Part shown: positions 54,241 to 54,706 of the stretch, in pieces
Layout of the letters: every line of letters starts with the position of its first letter
How positions within the stretch are numbered: the first letter of the stretch is position 1
Origin: Chromera velia
Lineage: Eukaryota
Length of the DNA stretch: 54,706 nt
Direction: 5' to 3'
Assembly (NCBI GenBank): GCA_018398765.1
Contig: JAHBMJ010000202.1
Coordinates: forward strand, 1 to 54,706
The notes under the pieces: model-generated
Database searches by the model: none
Seen by the model: the letters and a program-made list of their open reading frames with translations, nothing else
What the model was told of the DNA's origin: nothing
Position numbers and translations under genes: made by a program

Positions 54241-54706
54241 AACAGCATCTGGGTGGGCGTGATCGCTGTGATGCGAACCTGGCGTCAGAGTTCCAGAACG
54301 CGGTGAGTCGGCGGCTTCTACTCCTTGTCTCCGCCGGGTCCTGCGCTATTGCGTTGCACGCTGTGCTTCTTTCTCCTCTGTGCAGCACTTCTGCGACGGT
54401 GTGCGAGGAGGCAAGCCACTCAAGAAGGATTCGGACACCGGCGTTGCTGCAGGTCCGTTCTCTTTTCGTCGGTCGGCATACAGTCGAAAAACTCCAGAAC
54501 TCCGTTTGCGTCAGCAGTCCGATCGACCCGTTGCGTTTTGTTGGCCACTTTCCAACTCTTTACCTCCTCTGCGTGTCTCCCTGGCTTCCTTTTCCCCGCC
54601 TCCCTGTACGGCCGTTTCAGCCTTCCCTCCCTTTTCGATTGCGTGTCGCTGACTGACACTGTGTGCGTGGTGCAGAATGGGCTCTCTCGAACAAGTCACG
54701 GAATCG

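Overview
This is eukaryotic nuclear DNA, with GT-AG spliceosomal introns full of CA/GA/CAGA microsatellites, TGCATGCA motifs and assembly N-gaps. Intron style and gene families suggest a chromerid alveolate such as Chromera velia (inference only). Most ORFs in the supplied track are spurious, so the gene models below were spliced by hand and checked for phase consistency. 1-21 kb holds three paralogs of a ~950-965 aa predicted surface protein (RCC1-like repeats, four 4-Cys Sushi/CCP-like modules, one TM helix, basic tail). One copy is a recent inverted duplicate, and the copies show patchwork gene conversion. 22-27.5 kb holds a PH-less phosphoinositide phospholipase C head-to-head with a probable GET2/CAML. 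28-29.8 kb is a non-coding LTR element with TSD, PBS and PPT. 30-34 kb is a decayed LRR gene. 35.5-39.2 kb is a decayed DIRS-type tyrosine-recombinase retroelement. 42-54.7 kb is repeat-dominated non-coding DNA. The most unusual signal is a ~44-46 bp AT-rich cassette with short terminal inverted repeats (core GTATGAAAAAGAATTCTSTATGAAAATRAAT). It occurs in two unrelated genes, each time between long direct duplications of a splice junction, so the insertion ends up intronic and the gene stays intact.
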